A DNA stretch of 64,000 nt from Candidatus Multivoradales bacterium (GCA_965223855.1 CBDCXM010000009.1:1440001-1504000), one strand, 5' to 3'; counted from the stretch's first letter, positions 18,683 to 28,405 are shown. The notes: generated by a model not told the origin, from the letters alone. A program made the numbers and translations.

Positions 18683-20452
18683 CTAGAGCGGCCACAGGAT
18701 CGGCACCACCAGCAGCAGAACGACGAACGCCAGCGCCGACAGCAGTACGCCAGACTTCACGAAGTCGGAGAAGCGGTAGCCCCCCGGGCCGTAGACCAGC
18801 AGGCAGGCCGGCTCGAACGGCGTGATGAAGGACAACGACGCCGACAGCGTCACCAGCACGGCGAAGCTCCGCGGCTCGACGCCGAGCTGGAGCGCCGTCG
18901 AGACGGCGATCGGCAGCACCACGAGCACCGCTGCGGCGTTGGACAGCGGCTGCGTCAGCACCATCGTCAGGACGGCGAGGGTCGCCATCACCGCGTAGAC
19001 GCCGAACGGTAGCACCCAGCTGACGATCAGCCCGGCGACTACCTCCGCCGCCTCGGTCTTCTGCATTGCCACTCCGAAGGAGGTCATGCCGCCGATCAGG
19101 ATCAGGAGCCGCCACTCGATCAGGCCGTAGATCTCGTGCGGCGTGATGCAGCGCCGGATGACCACGGCGAGCGCCGCCGTCAGCAGCGCGATCGACAACG
19201 GCACGAGGTCGAAGGCGGAGACGAGGACCGCGGCACCGAGAGCGGCGGCCGCGAAGGGCCCCTTGCGACGTCGGAAGGGCACGTGCCCGACCTCGTCGAG
19301 CAGTCGAAGGTCGCCGCTCATCTGTAGCGCCTCGAGCGCCTCCTCCCGTCCCTGGAGCAGGAGCACGTCGCCCACCCTGAGCGGCAGCTCACGGATGTCG
19401 CGCGCGACGTTACGGCCGCCGCGGTGCACCGCCAGCACGGAGATGCCGAACCGCTCGCGGAAGGCGAGAGCTCGCAGACTGCGCCCGGCGAAATCCGAGG
19501 AGCCGACGACGAACGCTTCCACGAGCTTGGCACCCTCGGCGACCAGATCGGCGTCGCCCAGAGCCGAGTCTGTTTCCAGGCGCAGGTCGGTGCGGTCCTT
19601 GGTCTCGAGCAGCGCCTCGCGGGTCGCTTCGACGACCAGCAGGTCGCCTTCCTGCAGCCGGGTCTTCGGCCGAGGCACGATCCGCTCTTCGCCTCGCACC
19701 AGCACGGCGACGAGGAAGCCCTGCTTGGAGAGCCCGGCCTCGCGCAGGGTCCGCCCCGCGAGCTCCGATCCCTCGGTGACGAGCACGGTGGACAGGTAGT
19801 CCTCGATCTCGTACTTCTCGCTCAGACTGCCGGGCGCCGCCTTCGGCATCAGGCGCGAGCCGACGAACAACAGGTAGAGGATGCCGAGCACGACGATGAT
19901 CAATCCGATCGGTGTGAACTCGAAGAAGGAGAAGGGCTCGTAGCCGAGCTGCTCGAGAAGGCCGCTGGCGGCCAGGTTGGTGGAGGTGCCGATCAGGGTG
20001 CAGGTGCCGCCCAGGATCGAGGCGAAGGCGAGCGGCATCAGCAGCCGCGACGCGCCGAAGCCCGCCTTCTTCGCCAGTTCGGTCGCCGACGGAACCAGCA
20101 CTGCGGTCGAGTTGGTATTGCTGACGACCGCCGACAGCGCCGCCGACAGGGAGCACAACGTGACGAGGATCCGGCTCTCCGAGCGCCCTGCGATCTTGAG
20201 GATCGCCTGCGCCAGCCACCCCATGACGCCGGTCTTGACCAGCGCCGCCGACAGCACGAACACCGACGCCAGCACGATGATGATCTCGTTGGCGAAGCCG
20301 GCGAACGCCTCGTCGGGGGTGAGGATGCCGGCCAGCACCAGCACGACGAGGACGAGCAGGGTGACGACGTCGATCGCCAGCCACTCGAAGGTGAAACAGG
20401 CCATCGCCGCGACCAGCAGGCCGAGGACGAGGGCGATCTCGAAGGTGATCAC
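18683..20452 (-). CDS. SLC13 family permease with two TrkA-C domains
   Basis: SAVVSNT; LMPLAFASILGGTCTLIGTSTNL; TQPLSNAAA; GPGGYRFSDF; GTG start supported by TATCCT 6 nt upstream. Confidence 0.9.
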   Translation of the reverse strand: MITFEIALVLGLLVAAMACFTFEWLAIDVVTLLVLVVLVLAGILTPDEAFAGFANEIIIVLASVFVLSAALVKTGVMGWLAQAILKIAGRSESRILVTLCSLSAALSAVVSNTNSTAVLVPSATELAKKAGFGASRLLMPLAFASILGGTCTLIGTSTNLAASGLLEQLGYEPFSFFEFTPIGLIIVVLGILYLLFVGSRLMPKAAPGSLSEKYEIEDYLSTVLVTEGSELAGRTLREAGLSKQGFLVAVLVRGEERIVPRPKTRLQEGDLLVVEATREALLETKDRTDLRLETDSALGDADLVAEGAKLVEAFVVGSSDFAGRSLRALAFRERFGISVLAVHRGGRNVARDIRELPLRVGDVLLLQGREEALEALQMSGDLRLLDEVGHVPFRRRKGPFAAAALGAAVLVSAFDLVPLSIALLTAALAVVIRRCITPHEIYGLIEWRLLILIGGMTSFGVAMQKTEAAEVVAGLIVSWVLPFGVYAVMATLAVLTMVLTQPLSNAAAVLVVLPIAVSTALQLGVEPRSFAVLVTLSASLSFITPFEPACLLVYGPGGYRFSDFVKSGVLLSALAFVVLLLVVPILWPL

Positions 20453-20538
20453 CGCGGCAGGATAGCTGACCGGCACGCGAGGATGGTCGAGATGCGGGCT
20501 GTCGCAGGTCGTCGTTCGCGACCGGTATGCTCCGTGCC

Positions 20539-20973
20539 GTGTACATCCTCACGCGCAACGTCGGGCAGTCGGTCCGGATCAGCGACGACCCATTGGAGGA
20601 TCCGGCCCGCGACGACGACCTGGTGGTGGCCGTCGAAGGTATCGACGGCAGTCGGGTGCGGCTGTCGGCCTCCAGCGTCGCGCCGCTGGCTCTCTACCTG
20701 GAGGAAGAGAGGGGTCGAGCCTTCTCCAGCGGCGAGTCACCGGTTCCGCTGCCGGTCGGCGCCGACGGCCGGGTGTCCTTCGAGCGCCGGGTCGGCGAGG
20801 GGTTCTACCTCGACGACGACAACGACACCGGCCTTTTCGTCCTCGGCATCAGAGACGGGGAGATCAGAATGGGCATGACCGGCTTCGACCGGCGCCGGTT
20901 CCTGGCACAGGAGGCCTGGGAGCGGTCGCGCGATGCCCGGGCGAAGGCGCGCGGGGAACGCGCCGCGGACTGA
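20539..20973 (+). CDS. Tandem (two-domain) CsrA/RsmA-like protein
   Basis: GTG start gives MYILTRNVGQSVRI...VVAVEGIDGSRVRL; second copy SFERRVGEGFYL...LFVLGIRDGEIRMG; compare CsrA [33 protein letters not shown]. Confidence 0.65.
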   Translation: MYILTRNVGQSVRISDDPLEDPARDDDLVVAVEGIDGSRVRLSASSVAPLALYLEEERGRAFSSGESPVPLPVGADGRVSFERRVGEGFYLDDDNDTGLFVLGIRDGEIRMGMTGFDRRRFLAQEAWERSRDARAKARGERAAD

Positions 20974-20991
20974 GTTTCACCGCCTGCGCGG

Positions 20992-22155
20992 TCAGGGGCA
21001 GATTTCGACGACTGTCTCCCGGGCGCCACAATCCCAACGGACCTTGAACTCGTGCTCCCCGGGCTCGAGGCCGGGGAAGGCGACGCGGGCTCGGCCGTTC
21101 GGCTTGAGAATGCCGCTCTGGGTCCGGCTGTCATCGACGGTCACGGTGAAGCGCGCGCGAGCCTCCCCTCCCTTGAGGTGCACGACGCCGAGCCCGTTGG
21201 GCCGGCACAGCGTCCTCGCGACCGTCTCCGTGTCCCGGCACTCGCCCGGCTTGCGACGCTCGAGCAGGTAGTCCACCCAGTCGTTCCTGAACCGGGCGTT
21301 GATCGCCGGCACGTGCCCCGATCCGTCGAGCGTCCAGAGCTCGACCGAGCCTCCGGGCCGGCAGCGCCTCTCGTAGCGTTCGATCGTCGTCTCCGGCCCC
21401 GGTACGGCGGCATCGAGGTTGACGTTGCGGGGGTCCGTTTCCGGCATCAGTGAGCACTGGTTGCGCCGCGCCAGCAACCGGGCCGTCCTTCGTGCTCCGG
21501 GGTACTTCGGCAGTCCGAAGATCCTCCCGCCGTTGTAGAAAATGATGTCGTCCGCCGTGCCGTGGATCTGCAGCACGTAGACCGGCTCCGAGGGGCGGCA
21601 GGCAGGCCCGCGGTCGAAGGTGGTCCCGGCGAGGCTGGCGATCGCCGCCACCTTGTCGGTGTGCTCGCACGCCATGCGGTGCGACATGAAGCCCCCGTTC
21701 GACAGCCCGCCGAAGTAGATCCGTCGCGGATCGATGTTGCACTGCGCCTCGAACGCCTCCACGAGGGTGCGAAGATAGGTCGCATCATCGACACCGGAGC
21801 CGAAGATGTCGCAGCAGGCGTCGGTGGCGTTCCAGAACCTCTCGCCGCGTGAGTTTCGCGTCCCGTCCGGGTAGGCGACGATGAAGCCCTTCAGCTCGGA
21901 CTGCTGCTCGATTCCCATGTACTGGGCGTGAAGCGCGCCGCTGCTGTTGAACGGGTGGAGCAGCACGATCAGCGGTGTCGGCCGCAGCGGGTCGTAGTCG
22001 GCGGGGACGTTGAAGCCGACCGGGCCGCGGCCGAGGTCGATCGATGCGCGACAGTCGGCGGCCGTCTGGGCGAAGCCGGCGGCGGTCGCGACGAGAAGGA
22101 GAAGAGCCGCAGCGGCGAGCGGCAGGGGAGCGGACGGGAGGGTTCTGAAGCTCAT
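20992..22155 (-). CDS. Secreted PHB-depolymerase/LpqC-like alpha/beta-hydrolase esterase with C-terminal extra domain
   Basis: Signal peptide; PLIVLLH; YPDG; WNATDACC; GLSNGGFM nucleophile elbow; IHGTADD; GSGH. Confidence 0.85.
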   Translation of the reverse strand: MSFRTLPSAPLPLAAAALLLLVATAAGFAQTAADCRASIDLGRGPVGFNVPADYDPLRPTPLIVLLHPFNSSGALHAQYMGIEQQSELKGFIVAYPDGTRNSRGERFWNATDACCDIFGSGVDDATYLRTLVEAFEAQCNIDPRRIYFGGLSNGGFMSHRMACEHTDKVAAIASLAGTTFDRGPACRPSEPVYVLQIHGTADDIIFYNGGRIFGLPKYPGARRTARLLARRNQCSLMPETDPRNVNLDAAVPGPETTIERYERRCRPGGSVELWTLDGSGHVPAINARFRNDWVDYLLERRKPGECRDTETVARTLCRPNGLGVVHLKGGEARARFTVTVDDSRTQSGILKPNGRARVAFPGLEPGEHEFKVRWDCGARETVVEICP

Positions 22156-22337
22156 GGCGGCGCGAGCTTACACGGAAGGTGCTGTCCGCTTCGAGTCTCG
22201 AGCTACCGGCTCTGCAAAGCAAAAAGTCAGATTTCATCGACAGTTACCGGTGGGCGAAACTTGGTCGGGCGACGAAAGAGGCCGAAAAGGGGGCACAATG
22301 GTGCGGGCGCGGCCCAGGCACCGGGCTCCGGAGACTC

Positions 22338-23546
22338 GTGATCGCAGGCGACGACACAGCAGCGAGCGCCGCCCCTCGCCGCCCGACGGGGGCGCTCGAG
22401 AGACCGGGAGTCCATGTCCGGGAGCTGACCTTCGCCATCCGACCGATCTCGGGGGCTCCGACCTCGGTCGCCGGTTTCGTCGGCCAGGCCGTGCGTGGCC
22501 CGGTAGACCCGCGAGTGGTCGATAGTCCGGGTGAGTTCGAGCGCCTCTACGGCGGTACGACCGACGCCTCGTTCCTCGCACAGGCGGTGCGCGGCTTCTT
22601 CGAGAACGGTGGCCGCCGCTGCCATGTGGCCCGCGTCGAGGGAGCGGCGGGAAAGGAGGCGAGCGCCGACGACTACATCGGCGACCGCTCGCTGCCGCCG
22701 GGCGGGCGCACCGGCCTGGCGGCGCTCGAGGGGATCGACGAGATCTCTCTGCTCTGCGCACCGGACGAGGTGCGGCGAGCGCCCAACGACCTCTCTCGGG
22801 TCACCGCTGCGGTCGTCGAACAGTGCGAGCGCCGTCGCGACCGGATGGGCATCCTCGCGATGACGGCAGGGCAGGGCGATCCGCGTAACCTTCCGCCGCT
22901 TCCGAACACCTCCTGGGCGGCGCTCTATCACCCGTGGATCGAAGTTCCCGGCCTGCCGCGACGCACGTCTCGCGAACTCGTGCCCGCGAGCGGCCACGTG
23001 GCGGGCGTCTTCGCGCGTGTCGCCGAGCACCGTGGAGTGCACAAGGCGCCGGCCGGCGAGGAGCTGCGCGGTGTGACGGCGCTCGAGCTCGATGTCACCG
23101 ACGCGGTCCAGGCCGAGCTCAACCCGCTCGGGATCAACTGCCTTCGGGACTTCCGCACCAGTGGTCGCGGCATCGTCGTCTGGGGAGCGCGAACGCTCGC
23201 TCCGGCGTCCGAGTGGCGGTTCGTCAACGTTCGACGGCTGTCCATCTTCATCGAGGAGTCGATCGAGGAGGGGCTGGAATGGGTGGTGTTCGAGCCCAAC
23301 GAGCAGCGCACCTGGGACCGGATCGTCGCTTCGGTGGAGGCGTTCCTGCTCGCGCTGTGGCGCGACGGGGCCCTGCTCGGGTCCTCCGCGGACGCCGCCT
23401 TCTTCGTTCGCTGCGACCGGTCGACGACTACGCAGGCCGATCTCGACCGCGGGCTGTGCGTCGTCGAGGTCGGTTTCGCGCCGCTGAGACCGGCCGAGTT
23501 CCTCGTGCTGACCCTGGTCACGAAGACCCTCGCCGCCGGCGACTGA
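22338..23546 (+). CDS. Contractile phage-tail sheath family protein (eCIS/Afp-type), orphan
   Basis: PGVHVRE...PTSVAGFVG...RGP; FFENGG; LYHPWI; PASGHVAGV; GVHKAPA; LNPLGINCLR; VWGARTL; VNVRRL; WVVFEPN; AFFVRCD; APLRPAEF. Start uncertain (GTG 22338 after GGAG). Confidence 0.9.
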   Translation: MIAGDDTAASAAPRRPTGALERPGVHVRELTFAIRPISGAPTSVAGFVGQAVRGPVDPRVVDSPGEFERLYGGTTDASFLAQAVRGFFENGGRRCHVARVEGAAGKEASADDYIGDRSLPPGGRTGLAALEGIDEISLLCAPDEVRRAPNDLSRVTAAVVEQCERRRDRMGILAMTAGQGDPRNLPPLPNTSWAALYHPWIEVPGLPRRTSRELVPASGHVAGVFARVAEHRGVHKAPAGEELRGVTALELDVTDAVQAELNPLGINCLRDFRTSGRGIVVWGARTLAPASEWRFVNVRRLSIFIEESIEEGLEWVVFEPNEQRTWDRIVASVEAFLLALWRDGALLGSSADAAFFVRCDRSTTTQADLDRGLCVVEVGFAPLRPAEFLVLTLVTKTLAAGD

Positions 23547-23581
23547 GCCGGCGGATCCTCCGACAGCGGACGGGTCGTGCG

Positions 23582-23611
23582 TTGACGCGCAGAACCCGCC
23601 GGCAGCAGAAT
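23582..23611 (+). promoter_or_regulatory. Candidate sigma70 promoter of the TonB-dependent receptor gene
   Basis: TTGACG-18 nt-CAGAAT, then an A-rich leader and GGAGGT RBS. Confidence 0.4.
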
Positions 23612-23644
23612 GCGTACAAACAAGTAACAACCTGGGAGGTCGCC

Positions 23645-26263
23645 ATGAATCGCCGGATCGCTCTTGCCCTTTCGTTCGCCCTCTGCCTGCTGCTCGCGGG
23701 CGTGCCGCTCACGGCGCAGGAAGAAGGTGCCGCCGACGAAGAGGAAAGCACCGAAGAATCCACCGACTCCGGATTCTCGGACGAGATCGTCGTCACCGGA
23801 ACCCGCAAGGCGGGCCTCGTGCCGACCGAGACGCTTTCGCCGGTCGATGTCGTGACGGCCGAGACGATCGCCGAGCAGGCGAGCTTCGATCTCACCGACG
23901 GCATCAGCCGGATCGCGCCGTCATTCAACACCCAGCGCTTTCCGATCGCCGACGGCACCGCCTTCATCCGCCCGGTGACGCTGCGCAATCTCTCGCCCGA
24001 CCACACCCTGGTGCTGGTCAACGGCACCCGGCGCCACCGCTCGGCGCTCGTCAACCTCCAGCTCGCGCCGCTCGGCACCGTCAACCAGGGCTCGCAGGCG
24101 GTCGACTTCTCGACCCTGCCGGCGGCGGCGATCGAGCGCATCGAGGTGCTGCGCGACGGCGCCTCGGCGCAGTACGGCTCCGACGCCATCGCCGGCGTGC
24201 TCAACGTCATCCTCAAAAGCAACTCCGAGGGCTACTCGTTCTCGATCCAGACCGGCGAGTACTTCGAGGGCGACGGCGGCCGCACGACCTACAGCGGCAA
24301 CGCCGGCTTCAGCCTCGGTGACGACGGCTTCTTGAGCGCGTCGTTCGAGCACTCGAGCTCGGACAAGACCTCACGCGGCGTGGCGCGGCCGGACGCGGCG
24401 TTCGTCGCCAGCGTCGTCGGTGTCGAGAACACGCCGCTGGGCGGGCTCGGTCAGCGCTGGGGCGACCCCGAGGTCGAGGTCACCAAGGCGTTCCTCAACC
24501 TCGGCAAGGAGTTCGGCGAGAACTCGGAGTTCTTCTCCCACTTGAGCTACGCCGAGAACGAGACGATCTCCGACTTCTTCTATCGCGGCCCGGTGCTCGA
24601 CCCGAGTCAGATGTTCAATGCGCGCACCACGCTGCAGCAGGATCTCGACGGCGACTTCCGTCCCGACCCGGCACCGCAGGCGTTGATCGACGAGATCCTC
24701 GCCCAGGGGCTCGACCCGGCCGACTATCTGGTAGCCGATCCGACCAGCCCTTCCGGCTTCGTGCTGCGCAACCCGGCGTTCGCGCTCTTCCCGGGCGGCT
24801 ACAACCCCAACTTCGGCGCCGACCTCACCGACTTCGCCCTCGTGGCGGGGGTGCGTGGCGTAGCGGCGAGCGGCTTCTCCTGGGACGTGCGAGCCCGCAC
24901 CGCCGAGAACGAGGCCGACTACGTGATCTCGGAGACGATCAACCCGAGCCTCGGCGCGCTGTCGCCGACGACCTTCCGGCCGGGGACCCTCACTCAGGAA
25001 GAGACGAGCCTCAACGCCGATTTCGTCCAGACCTTCGACGTCGGCAACCTCGCGTCGCCGCTCAACGTCGGTTTCGGCGTCGAGCTGCGCGACGAGACCT
25101 ACAAGATCGGCGCCGGCGATCAGGCGTCGATCGAGGCGGGTCCGACAGCGGCGATCTTCGGTGTCGGTTCCGACGGTTTCCAGGGATTCCCCCGCGAGTC
25201 GGCGGGCAGCTTCGGCAGCGAGAGCGTCGCCGCTTACGTCGATCTCGAGGCCGACCTCACCGATCGCCTTTCGGGCGGTGTGGCGGTGCGCTTCGAGGAC
25301 TACGACCTCTTCGGCTCGACCTTCGACTGGAAGCTCTCGGGACGGCTCGACGTCAACGACAAGTTCGCGCTGCGGGCGACCGCCAACACCGGCTTCCGCG
25401 TGCCGACGCCCGGTCAGGTCAATACCCTCAACGTGACGACGAGCGCCGATGCGAGCGGCAATCTGATTCCGAGCGGCGTCTATCCGGTCGACAATCCGGT
25501 GGCGATCGCACTGGGCTCGGCACCGCTGACTCCCGAGGAATCGACCAGCTTCACGGTCGGCTTCGTGGCGTCGCCGTCGCCGACCACGAGCGTGACGCTC
25601 GACTACTACGACATCTCGATCGAGGACCGGCTGGCGCTTCAGAACAACACCGTCAGCGCGGCCGACGTGCCGGCGCTCCAGGCAGCCGGGGTCGCCAACG
25701 CCGAGCTTCTGGTCAACAGCATCGCCAACTTCTTCAGCAACGCCTTCGACTCCGACATCAGCGGCATCGACCTCGCGTTCGTCAAGAACTGGGCGGTCGG
25801 CAGCGGTCTGCTCGGTTTCGATCTGCGCCACAATCACAACGAGCAGGAGGTGTCGAACGTCAAGCCCGGCACCATCAACGCTTCGCGGGTCTTCGACCTC
25901 GAGAATCAGGTGCCGGAGGACCGCACCCAGGTCTCGCTCAACTACGACGGCGGCGAGAGCTGGTTCAGCGGCTATCTGCGGGCCAACCACTACGGCAGCT
26001 GGCAGACGACCGGCGGCCTCTTCAGCCCCGGTGACGCGAGCGACGCTTCGTCCTACGGTGGCGAGACGCTGGTCGATCTGGAGGCGCAGTTCCGCCTGGG
26101 CGACAACTACACGATCGCCATCGGTGGCGAGAACGTCTTCGACACCCTGCCGGACGACGAGCTCGACCCGGTGCTGCAGTTCCTCGGCGTCACCAGCTCG
26201 ATCACCTCACCGTTCGGCTTCAACGGCGGGCTCTGGTACGTGCGCCTGTCGGTCGACTTCTAG
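23645..26263 (+). CDS. TonB-dependent receptor
   Basis: Signal peptide; TonB box DEIVVTGTR; plug LVLVNGTRRH...IERIEVLRDGASAQYGSDAIAGVLN; C-terminal SPFGFNGG...VDF. Confidence 0.93.
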   Translation: MNRRIALALSFALCLLLAGVPLTAQEEGAADEEESTEESTDSGFSDEIVVTGTRKAGLVPTETLSPVDVVTAETIAEQASFDLTDGISRIAPSFNTQRFPIADGTAFIRPVTLRNLSPDHTLVLVNGTRRHRSALVNLQLAPLGTVNQGSQAVDFSTLPAAAIERIEVLRDGASAQYGSDAIAGVLNVILKSNSEGYSFSIQTGEYFEGDGGRTTYSGNAGFSLGDDGFLSASFEHSSSDKTSRGVARPDAAFVASVVGVENTPLGGLGQRWGDPEVEVTKAFLNLGKEFGENSEFFSHLSYAENETISDFFYRGPVLDPSQMFNARTTLQQDLDGDFRPDPAPQALIDEILAQGLDPADYLVADPTSPSGFVLRNPAFALFPGGYNPNFGADLTDFALVAGVRGVAASGFSWDVRARTAENEADYVISETINPSLGALSPTTFRPGTLTQEETSLNADFVQTFDVGNLASPLNVGFGVELRDETYKIGAGDQASIEAGPTAAIFGVGSDGFQGFPRESAGSFGSESVAAYVDLEADLTDRLSGGVAVRFEDYDLFGSTFDWKLSGRLDVNDKFALRATANTGFRVPTPGQVNTLNVTTSADASGNLIPSGVYPVDNPVAIALGSAPLTPEESTSFTVGFVASPSPTTSVTLDYYDISIEDRLALQNNTVSAADVPALQAAGVANAELLVNSIANFFSNAFDSDISGIDLAFVKNWAVGSGLLGFDLRHNHNEQEVSNVKPGTINASRVFDLENQVPEDRTQVSLNYDGGESWFSGYLRANHYGSWQTTGGLFSPGDASDASSYGGETLVDLEAQFRLGDNYTIAIGGENVFDTLPDDELDPVLQFLGVTSSITSPFGFNGGLWYVRLSVDF

Positions 26264-26679
26264 TCGGACGACCCGCAGGGAGGCCGAAAGTCGGTGTCGA
26301 GCACCGCGAGAGCGCGTAACCGGTGATGAGCTCGCTCCAGGTGGCACCCCAGTTGGTGTTGCAGTCGCGCTCGCAGCTCCCGGCCTCCCCCGGCCGAAGG
26401 TGTACATCGTCGAAGGGTTCTCGCTCGGATCGCGTAGGTGCACGAGCAGGTCCAACCGCCCGGTTGGCTCGCGTCGGGCTCACAGGGAGCGTCGAGGCAG
26501 AACGCCCATCCCTTGCCGTTCGTCGTCAGCTCCGCCGCGGTGCAGCCCCACGCCATCGACGGTGTGCCGACCTCGGGATCGATGTTCTCGAGCGAGTAGG
26601 TCGAGGTCTCTCCCCGGAGCGCACAGGGGGAGTTGGCAGGCAGCCTGGGGTAGCAGTGCCCTGGTGTCAGAAGTCCAGG
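26263..26679 (-). pseudogene. Decayed fragment of a Cys-rich protein gene (at least two frameshifts)
   Basis: Coding-like pieces in three frames: STYSLENI...WAFCLDAPCEPD...WTCSCTY / DPSENPSTMYTFG / GEAGSCERDCNTNWGATWSELITGY; no 5' end. Confidence 0.4.
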
Positions 26680-26922
26680 CTAGGACTCGCCCCTCTCCTC
26701 CCGCTCCCTCTCCTCCATCTTCTTGCGCAGGCTCAGCGGACGCATGTCGGTCCACACCTCTTCGATGTGGTCGAGACACTCCTGCTTGGAGCCGAAGAAG
26801 CCGTCCCACTTCCACCCCGGTGGAACCTCGCGATCCTCGAACCAGATCGAGTACTGCTCCTCGTGATTGATGACGACGCCGTAGCGCCGGTCGTCCTCTT
26901 CGTCCCACCAGTTGTCGCTCAT
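26680..26922 (-). CDS. mbtH: MbtH-like protein (NRPS adenylation-domain activator), orphan
   Basis: [12 protein letters not shown]...PPGW...[18 protein letters not shown] signature; GGAG RBS; TAGAAT -10 upstream. Confidence 0.93.
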   Translation of the reverse strand: MSDNWWDEEDDRRYGVVINHEEQYSIWFEDREVPPGWKWDGFFGSKQECLDHIEEVWTDMRPLSLRKKMEEREREERGES

Positions 26923-27085
26923 CGAGTCGTCTCCATGTGTTGAGTTATGGCTGCATTCTAGCGGTGGAAGTGAGGTTGTCCCCGAGTCAGGTCATGCGGT
27001 GTGCGTGTCGGGCTTTCCATCGCTTCCCTGCAACCGGGAGCGTGTCGACGTCGAAGGAGGTCGTGATCTTCGATGGAGGTGCTCG

Positions 27086-28405
27086 ATGCGAGCCGCTGCA
27101 GCTGTCCTCGCCAGAAGGCTGTCCCTGGCCCCGTTCCCGGCCCTGTTCCTTGCGCTGGTCCCCGCGTGGGCCATGGCACAGCCCGCCCCGGCCCATCTCG
27201 CCCCGGCTGAGCCCGGTAGCGCCTCGACACCCACGACCGATTCGTGGAACCAGTGGCGAGGCCCGAACCGCGACGGCACGATCGCCGGCCCCGAGTGGCC
27301 GCAGGCACTCGACGGGCTCGAGCGGCTGTGGCGGGTCGAGCTCGGCGAGGGGTACTCGGGAGCGATCGTCTCGACTGACAGGGTGTTCGTCGTCGAGTCG
27401 ATCGACAACCGCGAAGAGGCGGTCCGGGCGCTCGATCGCAGGTCGGGCGCCGAGTTATGGAGCGTTTCCTGGGAGGCGACGGGGAGCGTGCCGTTCTTCG
27501 CCCGGCGCAACGGCGACTGGGTGCGCGCCACGCCGGTCTACGACGGCGAGGCGCTCTACGTCGGCGGGATGGAGGAGGTTCTCGTCAAGCTGGACGCCGC
27601 TACCGGACGCGAGCTGTGGCGGGTGGACTTCCCGCAGCGCTTCGGCACGCGGACGCCGGACTTCGGCTTCGCCAGTTCGCCACTTCTCCACGGCGAGGCT
27701 CTCTACGTCCAGGCGGCCAATTCGCTGGTGAAGCTCGACCTCGGGACGGGAGAGACGCTCTGGCGCTCGCTCGAGAGCGCCGGCGACATGATGGACAGCG
27801 GCGCCTTCTCGTCGCCGGTCGTCGCGACGCTCGGTGGACTTCCACAGCTCGTCGTCGGCTCCCGTCACCGCCTCCACGGCGTGACGCTCGACAGCGGGGA
27901 AGTCCTGTGGTCGCACGATGTGCCCAACTTCCGAGGCATGAACATCCTGACGCCGCTCGTTCACGGCGACTCTGTCTTCACCAGCTCGCATCGCAATGGC
28001 AGCTACCGTTACGACATCTCGGAGAGCGAGGACGGCTTCGTGGTGGTGGAGGCGTGGCGCAACAAGGTGCAGGGGTACATGTCGTCGCCGGTCGTCGTCG
28101 ATGGCCACGTCTACCTCCACCTCGGCAACGGGCGCCTCGCCTGCCTCGATCTCGCCAGCGGTCGGGAGACCTGGATCTCGAAGCCGTTCGGCGACTACTG
28201 GAGTCTGATCGCCCAGGGAGACTCCATCCTGGCTCTCGACGCGGACGGCGAACTGCATCTTCTGCGGGCCAACCCGGAGGCGCTCGAGCTGCTCGACTCG
28301 AGATCGGTGGCCGCCGAGCCGACCTGGGGGCACCTCGCCGTGAGCGGGCGTGAGCTGTTCGTCCGAGAGCTCAACGCCGTCACGGCCTATCGCTGGATTC
28401 CGTGA
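27086..28405 (+). CDS. Secreted PQQ-like (BamB-type) beta-propeller protein
   Basis: GGAGGT RBS; WNQWRGPNRDG; repeated ALD..TG..LW / SSP blades; TWGHLA. Confidence 0.85.
   Translation: MRAAAAVLARRLSLAPFPALFLALVPAWAMAQPAPAHLAPAEPGSASTPTTDSWNQWRGPNRDGTIAGPEWPQALDGLERLWRVELGEGYSGAIVSTDRVFVVESIDNREEAVRALDRRSGAELWSVSWEATGSVPFFARRNGDWVRATPVYDGEALYVGGMEEVLVKLDAATGRELWRVDFPQRFGTRTPDFGFASSPLLHGEALYVQAANSLVKLDLGTGETLWRSLESAGDMMDSGAFSSPVVATLGGLPQLVVGSRHRLHGVTLDSGEVLWSHDVPNFRGMNILTPLVHGDSVFTSSHRNGSYRYDISESEDGFVVVEAWRNKVQGYMSSPVVVDGHVYLHLGNGRLACLDLASGRETWISKPFGDYWSLIAQGDSILALDADGELHLLRANPEALELLDSRSVAAEPTWGHLAVSGRELFVRELNAVTAYRWIP

Noticed and set aside
22179-23546. Prophage or complete eCIS locus
   Set aside because: Only the sheath gene is present; no tube, baseplate, capsid, integrase or att-like repeats recognised
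22934-23644. N-terminal 237-aa extension of the TonB receptor in the ORF track (likewise extensions of nifJ, caspase 49750, lipase 40841, DUF5946 31440)
   Set aside because: These extensions overlap other genes; the downstream starts have an RBS and/or signal peptide or match the family N-terminus
26680-26682. Pyrrolysine or programmed read-through of the mbtH amber codon
   Set aside because: MbtH is complete at the stop, the downstream frame soon breaks, and no pyl genes are visible
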